From Trypanosoma brucei (taxonomy: Eukaryota), in the NCBI GenBank assembly GCA_000002445.1, contig CH464491.1:2464001-2528000 (forward strand): DNA of 64,000 nucleotides, written 5' to 3'. Shown in pieces: positions 20,591-30,015 of this stretch. Within the stretch, counting starts at the first letter, position 1; every line of letters begins with the position of its first letter. The position numbers and the translations under genes are program-made. The notes below the pieces were generated by a model. That model made no database searches. It was given only the letters and a program-made list of their open reading frames with translations, and was not told the origin of the DNA.

Positions 20591-21165
20591 ATGTAAATAT
20601 GGGGGACGGATGAGGGGGCGCATGTCTGAAGCTTGTGATCTGCGAGTGATGCCCATGTGTATACAACTCAATGGAGGTGGGTTGTATTTATTTCTGTCAA
20701 GAGGAAAATTGTGTCTAGATTGTGCAGCTCACATGTAGTTATGTAAGTTTTTCAACGAAAAGAAAAAATCTTTTTCTTTTTTGCTTGTTTCCTTTTTTTA
20801 TCGTGCTTTTCACATCTGGTGACTCGCATTGTTTTGGTATGCGCCTGCGAAGTACTCACTGGAAAAGGAGTAACAAAAAGTAGTGTACTGGAATTTTTAA
20901 AAGCATGAACTTCTCTCTCCTCATCCTTTCCCTTAATATGAGTGATTGCAACTACGCAGGTAAACAGCCCCCTTGCCTATGTTTTGGTTTTCCTCCTTCT
21001 TTCTGTTGTCGTGAAAGTTTCACAACTGCTCCTATTACATTTAACGTGCGGCATACCACCTGACCGCAGCAACAGACGAAGTCAGTAACCGACCTTCTGT
21101 TCTCTGGTCGAATCACACGAAAGCAGAAGGTTAGAGAGGGGGAAAAAAAATACAAGTCTTCCCAT

Positions 21166-22590
21166 ATGCTGCCTCGCACAGCATGTTTCATGCTTCTGTT
21201 AGCCCTGGGCAGCGAAAAATTCCGTTTAGTGAGTGGTAGTGCTGACGATCATGAAGAACCGAATGGACTGCCTGAATATCACGATGAAGAACTGTTGGAT
21301 GATGTTGGTGAAGGACTGGACCCGGGGGACGACCCCTCACTGTCACCCGATGGCCTTCCACCGGATGGTTTGGACGATGATGACGATCTTCCACCGCCAT
21401 CGGACACAAACACGAGTACAGTTTTTCCCCCAACCTCATTGGGACGGGAGCTCGTTCCGGACGTATCGTACACGCAGGCGGAGAAGTGCGGATTTGAACA
21501 GGTGGGCACGTGCGCAGAAAACTTCTGTAAGTGTCTCTCAGGGAATTTAAGCAGTAAGGGAGTTGAACCCCTAAATGGTATGACGGGTGGCGCGTGTGGC
21601 AGTGGTCATGTATCAAACTGCTACCTGCTGCACCACTGCGCAAGGGAGAGGACGATGTGCATTTGGGCCGCATCGAGGAGTTATGAAGATGCTGCCAAAG
21701 ATGCGATGTGGGACATGTCACGGATGCCGGAGAAGTGGAGGACAAACAGTGGTACAAACAGCAGTTTTTGTCGCGGGCTGCTCAGTATTAGCAGAAATCT
21801 CACCAAGGCTTCCGCGGATGTTAACTTCTACGACACGCCCTTTTACACGGATTGTGCCGAGTATATGTCTTTCCTCTTCAAGAGAAGTGGTGGATACATG
21901 TGTCTCGCTGGCTCTGTGCCCATGTATGTCTGCGGCCCGCTTCTCTTTCCAACGCCCGCACCTCGGCAGATTGGTTATGCTCCCGTAACAAACGGATCGC
22001 GGCGGTTGCTGGTTACTGTAGCGGCCTATTTTGTTGGGAACTTCGCTGTGCTTTTCAATGACCGGACACGAGGTGAAAACTTGCAAATCGGTAGTGGTTT
22101 CAACAAAGAGTTTGGCAACGAGTTGCACAAGTGTTTCCGTGAGTATGTGGGAATTGATGGTGAGTTTACCATGGTTCATGGTGGCCCTAATCTTATTGTG
22201 AAGTATGTTATCGGCCTCGGTGAAGCAGATACATGGGTCGGTGATTTAATTAAGGCAAATGCACTTAATCTTATGGTTCGACCCCCAGGATGGATGGCAA
22301 CAGCTCAGGACATCCTTAGGACTATCGACAGTAACGCTGAGCTTGTGGCTCCTATTGTGAAGTACACAGTCAACTTTGACCCAGGCAAAGGCCCCGTCTT
22401 CACGGAGCTGTGTGATGTCGGTTGTGCAGCGGCCCTTTCTGTTTCTGGCGCGCTTAGCGCCGCCGTTTATTTATTAGCGGGAATTTTTTGCTGTCAGCGA
22501 AATAAACGGACGCTCGCCAGCGTTGATTCCAGCAGCGACGTGGATAATGAAACAATGGAAACTGCTAATGGAGCTCTATCAAAACCGTAG
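21166..22590 (+). CDS. Hypothetical type-I membrane protein (signal peptide, Cys-rich ectodomain, single C-terminal transmembrane helix)
   Basis: ATG at 21166, 474 aa. N-terminal hydrophobic signal MLPRTACFMLLLALGS. Acidic Pro/Asp-rich stretch, then a Cys-containing region. C-terminal TM ALSVSGALSAAVYLLAGIFCC followed by a short basic tail. Confidence 0.6.
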   Translation: MLPRTACFMLLLALGSEKFRLVSGSADDHEEPNGLPEYHDEELLDDVGEGLDPGDDPSLSPDGLPPDGLDDDDDLPPPSDTNTSTVFPPTSLGRELVPDVSYTQAEKCGFEQVGTCAENFCKCLSGNLSSKGVEPLNGMTGGACGSGHVSNCYLLHHCARERTMCIWAASRSYEDAAKDAMWDMSRMPEKWRTNSGTNSSFCRGLLSISRNLTKASADVNFYDTPFYTDCAEYMSFLFKRSGGYMCLAGSVPMYVCGPLLFPTPAPRQIGYAPVTNGSRRLLVTVAAYFVGNFAVLFNDRTRGENLQIGSGFNKEFGNELHKCFREYVGIDGEFTMVHGGPNLIVKYVIGLGEADTWVGDLIKANALNLMVRPPGWMATAQDILRTIDSNAELVAPIVKYTVNFDPGKGPVFTELCDVGCAAALSVSGALSAAVYLLAGIFCCQRNKRTLASVDSSSDVDNETMETANGALSKP

Positions 22591-24442
22591 TGGCGGCTTG
22601 CTAATTTTCCTTCAGCAAACTTCCACTTTTTCCCCTTCTACGCGGTGCTTACGGCCTGGGTAGAAAATTAACAAATCTGTGCAATCGTTAATTTATGCAT
22701 TAACGCATCATTTATGGAATAGTTACTACGTGGGGAAAACGGTGAATATGCTTTTTGGGTTGTTACTATTAGCTTTTTTGGGGGGGGGGGTGATCGCTTT
22801 AACGTAGGTAGAGTCGAGGCGAATGAATGGGTTGGTTTGGAAGAGGAGGAGAAGGAGAAGGAGAAAAGAAAAGAAAAAAAGAAATGCAAAGGGAAGTAGA
22901 AAAGGGAACCCCTTTGAGTTTGTTACTGAAGGGAAAATACATAAGAAAAAAAAAGAACAAGGAATGAAACGGTGCGATCGAGGAGGTAGAGAAGGAGTGA
23001 AGAGGAAAAGGAAAGAGGCTCTGAATGGATTTGTGCGGCTTTCGCGTAATTTCACGCGTGGTGCATAGAATAGAGTAGGATAGCGTTGCCGGTTGATCAC
23101 GTTATTTTTGTTTTTGGTCACAGGAAGTAACATACGCATGCGTGTATATGTGTAGGTGAGACGGTACAAGGTTAAAGTGGCGTTAGAAAGGTAACTCAAC
23201 GCCAAGTTTTATACATAATAATATAATCATGATGAGTGACGGAAAAAAAAAAGACGAGACGAAAACATGTTACACACCATTGCAATTGAGGAGGAGAGTT
23301 ACGTGTGGGAGGCGACATATAATGATGTGCAAAGCGCAGGCGAACATCCGTTTTTTCTTTTGTTCCAACGTCCCTTGACCCTTCCTTTCTTTTTTGAACT
23401 TCTCTCCCTACTACCATTACTATTATTTAAGTTTGTTCGCTAAGTCACGCTCTCACACGATTACCTGCCTCCCCCTGCCGCCGCAACAGCCTTTGGGTGG
23501 CAAGGCACATATATTTATTTTTAGAATTATTGTTGTAACGATTGTTATCACTATTTATTTTTTCTCCTAGCACTTTTTTAGCTTACTTTTTTTTCGTGTG
23601 TGTGTGTGTTTCTGAAGGTTTTCCTTGCTTTTTTCTTTTATTATCCTTCTTTTGTGCCCTTCTTTGGTTCATTTGTTTTTGTGTGTCTAAGTAACCCTTC
23701 ACAGGGGTTGGACAAAACGCTGCCAAACCCAGAGCAGAACTAAGAGAAATGAAATGTAAGTCAGAACGTTAATTATTAGGAAACCAATAAGCAACGCGTC
23801 GGTTACGGACGTACAATCATGTAGATATTTTTATGGCAAACTTCCTGTGAAACTTTGTGCGCTGATGTGTCATTTCCTTTATGCTTTCTTTTTTCCTATA
23901 GCATTGCCATGTTGCTCACTTCCATTCATCCAACCCCATTCGTCTTTTTTTTTAAAAAAAAGTGGTTTTTGTGAAAGCGCTGGTGTGCCTCCCCTTTGCT
24001 CGTATGTTTGTCTTTTACTTCTTTCGCCATCGAAAGGTTAAATAAATAAATAAATATATATATATATATATAACACATCAGATTGTTAATACTACTTGTG
24101 CACGTGCAATTACTTGGCAGAGCGCAAGCCGACGATGATAAATAAATCAACTACCTTTCATTTAGTCGGTTTCTAACGGCTGCGGTTACACTGCTAACTC
24201 TTGTGTATTGCAGTTTCCTTTGTTTTTGGTGCCGTGAACCTTTCTCTACTGCTTTCTTTTTCCCCCCTTCATTCCCCATGTTATCATGTCTTTATTGTGT
24301 ATTTGTTGCATACATTTGTGGTTTCTCTCAAACACCCACAAACCCTCACCTTGTTCCACCTTTTACTCCAGCTGCATACCCGTGCGCTCCCGCACTTCCA
24401 TCGGCACGTGCATCTCATCGATTATCCACAGGTGATGCGTTT

Positions 24443-24870
24443 GATGCACTAACAGACCTTAGCGCAATCGAGGTATTGGTGTAAAGTCGGTCAATTGTAG
24501 GCGAGTATGCATCAGTGCAAGGGCTGACAAATATTTCCCTGCAGCTGCCATGTTCGGCTGCCCTTTTGATCATCCAAACGGGTCAGTTAAACCATAGAGC
24601 GTGAGACATGCGAATAAACGTAAAGCTTTGGAGGTATATCTCCGTTACACGCTGCCCATGTGATAGGATGGCGCCTGAATGGATAAGGAAAGCGAGCTGA
24701 TGGCAGGAAGAAATGTGAATCCCATTATTTGTTGTGTGGAAATTATATGTGGATGTGAGAGTGAGAGTGAGGTTGGTAAGTTGATAACTGTACGTGTGGC
24801 GGTGATACGACACCCCACTGAATAAGATGCTTCATCAGTATCTCCTTCCTCTTCATGCCAATTCAAACCA
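24443..24870. mobile_element. SIRE-like short interspersed repeat (about 428 bp), copy 1, inverted relative to copy 2
   Basis: The reverse complement of 24443-24870 is nearly identical to 52813-53239. The ORF-track peptides are identical on opposite strands (24583..24813- equals 52872..53102+, and 24645..24929- matches 52810..53040+). The 428-bp length equals the reported size of the T. cruzi SIRE element. Confidence 0.6.
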
Positions 24871-24930
24871 GCTGCATATATACGCCCGTCTGCGGAGTAG
24901 GAAACGCAAGAAAGAGAGACAAGAGACAAG

Positions 24931-26175
24931 ATGGGATGTCAACAAAGTGGAGTGCGAATGTCTCCTCAGGACCTTAGTGATCGCACTCCCAGTGGTCAAC
25001 ACGGGTTTACAGGGGATGCCAGCAACACGGCACTTCCCACTGTTCCAACAGACTCATGGTATGGTAAAAACTTTAGTGAAACATCACGTATGGCATTTAC
25101 CGAGTTTCACTTAAAGCAGCGGGGAAACATCGTTTTCGCCGGGACCCCCGTTCCTGTTGGCGCCTCGGAATTGGGTGAGTTCCCTGGCAACTCCCCACCG
25201 CTGCTCACAAGGGCAGTTATTGGCAAGGACAATGTGTACGGCATGGCGTACCTCTATAGCACTCCACTTTCCATTGAGCATCAGTGGAGACTGCGTGTAT
25301 GCCACTACCAAATAGCGTGTTCACCCTCTGGACAAACGCTAGGGGAAGTGCCGGGGGCGCTTTCTACACTTCCTGAGACCCCAACGACAGATGAGCAGAA
25401 AATCAGACTGTGGAACTTCGCTAAACAAGTCTACGACCGGCCGCTTTGCGACACTTTTGTTGGGATCAAAGTGTATGTTGACGGAGAGCTTGTGCCCGAC
25501 CGTTATCCGAGAGCCAAAAGTCTCCCAAACTGCACAGCTACACTCGAATCTAGTGAAGTGTTTAATAACTGGACCTGTGTTCCTTTTGTACTTGTTGGTT
25601 ACGTGAACAGTCCGATGATAAGTACTGTTACGATGTACAGGCACCTGTCCCTTAGCTTCGTTGAGTACTTGTTGGGCAAAACCATCACGGGTGGAGAAAC
25701 CGACAGAACAAAAGATGAAGAGGTGGCGGAATGTAAAGACGAGAATACCGTTGGGGATGGACGTAGTGTGGACGCGCCCGATAAGCCGAAGGAGGAGGTC
25801 ACCCAGTCTTTCAATGTTTCTGTAGAGGTTGTGTACGGTTGTGAGGCGGAGATGAATTTCTGCACAGCCCACATTGCGAAGGGGAACATAGAACTTGTTA
25901 TGGGAGAGCACTCAGACGCAGCTTTACGAAAATATAAGGCTTCACTTGAGGAGTTTCTTAGGAAAAGCGGCAACGAGCGTCATCAGGTAGTTGCGGTGGA
26001 TCCTTTGACACTCAAAGGGCGGAACTCGGCATTATGGACTTGTTTGTTTTGCGGGTCTCCCCTGCAGTTCACGTGTACGATTTGCGGCGCCGAGCTGTGT
26101 GGAATGTCTTCGTGTGTGTGGAAGCCCTTCACGGGGTATCCGCTTGGCTGCTCGTCTCATAAGGCGCAGGCGTGA
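24931..26175 (+). CDS. Hypothetical protein with an N-terminal dual-acylation motif (MGCxxS) and a C-terminal Cys cluster
   Basis: ATG at 24931, 414 aa. N-terminus MGCQQSG has Gly2 (myristoylation), Cys3 (palmitoylation) and Ser6. C-terminal CLFCGSPLQFTCTICGAELCG looks like a zinc ribbon. The start lies 60 nt downstream of SIRE copy 1. Confidence 0.6.
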   Translation: MGCQQSGVRMSPQDLSDRTPSGQHGFTGDASNTALPTVPTDSWYGKNFSETSRMAFTEFHLKQRGNIVFAGTPVPVGASELGEFPGNSPPLLTRAVIGKDNVYGMAYLYSTPLSIEHQWRLRVCHYQIACSPSGQTLGEVPGALSTLPETPTTDEQKIRLWNFAKQVYDRPLCDTFVGIKVYVDGELVPDRYPRAKSLPNCTATLESSEVFNNWTCVPFVLVGYVNSPMISTVTMYRHLSLSFVEYLLGKTITGGETDRTKDEEVAECKDENTVGDGRSVDAPDKPKEEVTQSFNVSVEVVYGCEAEMNFCTAHIAKGNIELVMGEHSDAALRKYKASLEEFLRKSGNERHQVVAVDPLTLKGRNSALWTCLFCGSPLQFTCTICGAELCGMSSCVWKPFTGYPLGCSSHKAQA

Positions 26176-27009
26176 GGGTGACTCCCCAAGTTTTTGAGAT
26201 TCAGTTTCTGTATACGTTTCGTTTCGGTGTTATCATTCACCATTACTACTGTTTTCTCAACATCAACCCACTGAGCACGGATGTGCATGTGGGGTATTGT
26301 ATGTCTCTGGGCACTGGCAACGACGCAGGGGGAACAAATGTCCGAACTGGCCGGCTGCATATTTGGCAGATTCGGCTCTACTAAAAATGACGCGAAATGC
26401 AAAAAGGGATATACGTTATCTCCGTACTAATCTTTGCGCCTCCTTACGTGGTGTCAGTTATGAAGCTAATCTGCCTACCGCCCCCCCCCTCTTCCATTGA
26501 AACCCCGGTGTATACTTTTCGTTTTCTTTGTACTTTTCCTTTACTTCTTTTGTTTGTATATTTTATAATAAGGAAGTGGCTAACCTGTTGCTTATGGAAG
26601 TCAGTCGCGTTTTGTGCATGCAACATTGTGCTTAAACTTCAAAAACATTAAAGATAAAATAACGCATTGCACATCCTTCTTTTGCTTTTAATATGGTGTT
26701 GCATCTTGCCGACTGTCCGCCAACCTCGTTTTGCGCCACCAGCCTGTTTTCATTCTTCTTTTCTTTTATGTGTGTGTTATACTTCTCATGCGTTGTTAAC
26801 ACCACTGTAGTTTTCCACCTGTAGGAAACGCCAGGTGCGCCACGGCATCCAAAGGGTTACTCAGCAGAAACCTTACAAGGAAGCCAATTGTCTAACACGC
26901 TGCTGTGGAGGTTTCTATCTGCACCATTTTCCATTCATACATATACGTATACCGATTTCTTTACCCGAATATTTATTTTAAAAAAAACCGTACTCGGGCG
27001 GTTCTTGAA

Positions 27010-29586
27010 ATGCTATCCAAGTTATTCCGGTATGACACGAAACTTCAGGGGAAGCAGGAACTCAGTACCGCTGATCACAGGTCGTTACTTGAGCTTAGTA
27101 TGACAGACAACATTACATCCGTAGAGATTCCGCAGTACAGGGTGCGGGGGACGTTTGTTGAGTATGTGATTGAGTGCACAAAACGAAACATGACGTGGCA
27201 GGTGTTTCGGCGTTACCAGCAATTTAAGGCACTTGACCAGAGTCTGAAACAACTATGCTCACGCGGATCCTCAAGGCACTGTGACTACGGGGTCATTCCT
27301 GTCCTCTGCGGTAGCCACTGGACGGAAGTAACTAACCAGTCAATCGACCTCGTAGAAAAACGGCGGAGGCACTTGGAAATTTACCTCCGCCAGTTGCTCG
27401 TCCCGGGGAATGTATTTTATGTTGCTAAAACCGTGATTTACGATTTTCTTCACGATGGCGCGGTTCCTGCGCAGCACCAAAGGAGGGCCATACGACCGCT
27501 AATTGGCTTTGCAACGCCAGACTCGTTGGCAGACCTCCACTTGGAAAACAGGAACGGCGAAGGGAGTGCGAGCCGGTTAGGGGCGGCCTCAACTCTCAAC
27601 GATAAATCGATTTCTATGCTTGGGCCATCTGCTGTTGGTGAAAGTGATCGAGTGGATGATGGTGTCGGGGACGAAGAAGAGGAGCCCTGCAAATCACCTC
27701 CAGGAGAGACCGTAGAGAGCGGTGAGGAATGTGAAGATTTACCATCAGCTGACAACAGTGAAGCTGAGGACGTGCGTGTGCCGCCACCAGGCTCCTTGTG
27801 CAGGCAATGTAACGCTGAGTTTTCTTCTGTGCTGTATCCGCATCGTTGTTTCTTCTGTAGGCAACAGTTTTGTCGCGACTGTTTGCACCCAGTCGAACTT
27901 GAAGAAGGAGAGGTCGCTAGATCATGTGTTCAATGTTATGAAAACTTTGCTCGAAAGACCTGTAAACCCCAATATCCCCCAACTCCCATGGCTTCAACAC
28001 CAATACTTCAGTGCGCACCTGCTGGTGGTGCGTTGGACCCGTTGAACTTACTCGGTAGTACGTCCCACGTGCGAACAGATGTAACACTTTCTGACTTTAA
28101 GTTAGTTACAACTGTGGGACGTGGCACGTTTGGCAAAGTGATGAAAGTTATCTTTCGTGAAGATGGCAAGGTTTATGCTATGAAAGTGCTCAACAAGTGT
28201 GTTATTCACAAGCGGCGAATGATCGAGTACATCAGGGAGGAGAAGAATATCATGTCCTCTTTACCCTCGCATCCGTACATTGTAACATGTCACTTCGCAT
28301 TTCAGACTGACTACCATCTTTTCTTCGTACTGGACTACCTCCCTGGTGGAGACATGCACTCGCGTGTTTACCCTAAACTCAAACTAACTGAATCGGATGT
28401 CCGTTTGTATATTGCTGAACTTGTACTCGCACTCCAACATCTGCACCGTCACGACATTGCCCATCGTGACGTCAAGCTCGAAAACATTGTCTTGGGAGAA
28501 GACGGACATCTTAAACTGACAGATTTTGGGCTGGCACGCATGAATTTCTCACGGCAACGCCGTCGCAGTTTTGTGGGGAGTCCGGAGTACCTTCCGCCAG
28601 AAACGATTCAGGGGAAGTACCAAACGAAGGCTGTGGATTGGTGGAGTGCGGGGGTCATGCTGTACGAAATGCTGAGTGGGAAGACGCCGTTTTACTCGGC
28701 GTACAATTGTGAAATCTACAACAATGTGTTGAAGGCGGAGTTGGACCTCACAGCCCCGTGTTTCACGCCAGAGGCCGCCTCACTCATTGAACAACTGCTT
28801 CAAAGCCATCCAAAAGCAAGGTTGCAAGACGCAGGGGCAATAAAGGCTCATCCTTACTTTGCATCAATCGATTGGGCTGCTCTCGAAGGTAAAAAAATAT
28901 CTGCCCCCATACAGCTTGATCTTATGGGAAATGATATGAAATACATCAAATGGAAGTTCACGGCGGAGTGGGCTGTTATATACAAACCTCCTGGAGTGAC
29001 ACGTGCTACAATTGACCTTTTGATTAATCGCTTTAGTAACTTTGCTCATGTGAGCGAGGGGACGCCGCCCACGCCGCATCTGCCGATAGGGCAGCAGCAG
29101 GAAGAGGTATCTGACGGAGTGACAAACCCACCGGATATAACCGGCGTTTGGAATGTTGTCAAGGTAGAGATGCAAACGGAGGATGGAAAGATCACGCATC
29201 CTTGGGGAAGTGCAGTGTGTGGAGTGCTAGCGTACTTCCCAGAGGGTCAGTTCAGCATGCAGCTTACATCATATATGCGTCCACATTTGCGGCAACAGTT
29301 CGTGGATCGTGCCGTGAGAGAGGATCTGGTAGAAATGTGCAACTCGTACGCGGGCAGTTTCGGAAAGTATCAGATCAAGCCAGGGAGCAATATCATTACT
29401 CACAGGCTTCACGGCTGCCTCTGTCCGAATCTTACAGGAAGTACACAAAAGTATTTTTTTGAGGTTCGTGAGAGGAAAGAAAATGGGGCTAAAGTGTTGA
29501 AACTTTTTACCGCGTGTAACGCGCTCCCAGGTGAAGACATCTCCGCACAAACCGTCCTCACATGGGAACGGACGGGTTCCTGCTAA
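27010..29586 (+). CDS. PX-domain plus treble-clef zinc finger plus AGC-type Ser/Thr protein kinase
   Basis: Track start 26905 is GTG; the first ATG is at 27010 (MLSKLF). PX-like region: RRYQQFKALDQSL...RRRHLEIYLRQLL. Cross-brace zinc finger: CRQCNAEF...HRCFFCRQQFCRDC...CVQCYE. Kinase motifs: GRGTFGKV, YAMKVLNK, HRDVKLENIVL, DFGLAR, GSPEYLPPE, and an AGC-like end HPYFASIDW. About 230 aa of C-terminal extension with no recognised domain. Confidence 0.8.
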   Translation: MLSKLFRYDTKLQGKQELSTADHRSLLELSMTDNITSVEIPQYRVRGTFVEYVIECTKRNMTWQVFRRYQQFKALDQSLKQLCSRGSSRHCDYGVIPVLCGSHWTEVTNQSIDLVEKRRRHLEIYLRQLLVPGNVFYVAKTVIYDFLHDGAVPAQHQRRAIRPLIGFATPDSLADLHLENRNGEGSASRLGAASTLNDKSISMLGPSAVGESDRVDDGVGDEEEEPCKSPPGETVESGEECEDLPSADNSEAEDVRVPPPGSLCRQCNAEFSSVLYPHRCFFCRQQFCRDCLHPVELEEGEVARSCVQCYENFARKTCKPQYPPTPMASTPILQCAPAGGALDPLNLLGSTSHVRTDVTLSDFKLVTTVGRGTFGKVMKVIFREDGKVYAMKVLNKCVIHKRRMIEYIREEKNIMSSLPSHPYIVTCHFAFQTDYHLFFVLDYLPGGDMHSRVYPKLKLTESDVRLYIAELVLALQHLHRHDIAHRDVKLENIVLGEDGHLKLTDFGLARMNFSRQRRRSFVGSPEYLPPETIQGKYQTKAVDWWSAGVMLYEMLSGKTPFYSAYNCEIYNNVLKAELDLTAPCFTPEAASLIEQLLQSHPKARLQDAGAIKAHPYFASIDWAALEGKKISAPIQLDLMGNDMKYIKWKFTAEWAVIYKPPGVTRATIDLLINRFSNFAHVSEGTPPTPHLPIGQQQEEVSDGVTNPPDITGVWNVVKVEMQTEDGKITHPWGSAVCGVLAYFPEGQFSMQLTSYMRPHLRQQFVDRAVREDLVEMCNSYAGSFGKYQIKPGSNIITHRLHGCLCPNLTGSTQKYFFEVRERKENGAKVLKLFTACNALPGEDISAQTVLTWERTGSC

Positions 29587-30015
29587 TCTCTTGCCTATAC
29601 GCTTCCCTGCCCCGTTAAATAATGGGCTGTTGCTGGGCCTCTCCCGTTGCTACTCTTCCCTGTTGCCTCCAATGTACCCAAACACGCTCATCTCACTGTT
29701 GGAGCCGTACAATGTGCTTCCATCTGCTGCTAGTGACTGATAAGGTGGGACAGTCTGGCGGCACCTTTTTTCTATCTCTCTGCCGTGGCACGGCTGCTGT
29801 ACAGTTCGGGGTATCGATTTCTCATAGCGCATCTTTTTCTTTTTTTCAGAAACACCCCTCTGTTATTGCCATTTGTCGAACGAACTCTTACCTTCATATG
29901 CTATTAATCATTCTCTGGTCACAAGTTGACGAATTTCTAGGACAAGAGAACGACAGAAGTAGAGGTAAAAAGAAAAAGGTGACCGCGGCACTCTTCTCTT
30001 TGTGCATCGTGTAGC

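Noticed and set aside
22726-23205. 159-aa - strand ORF in the 22.6-24.9 kb spacer
   Set aside because: Its translation is pure low complexity (poly-Leu/Phe/Lys from CT and GA tracts) with no start context, so it reads as intergenic sequence.
27850-27960. Calling the zinc finger in the PX-kinase a FYVE domain
   Set aside because: It lacks the FYVE hallmarks (WxxD, R(R/K)HHCR, RVC). Only the eight-Cys cross-brace is present, so it is described generically as a treble-clef/RING-like finger.
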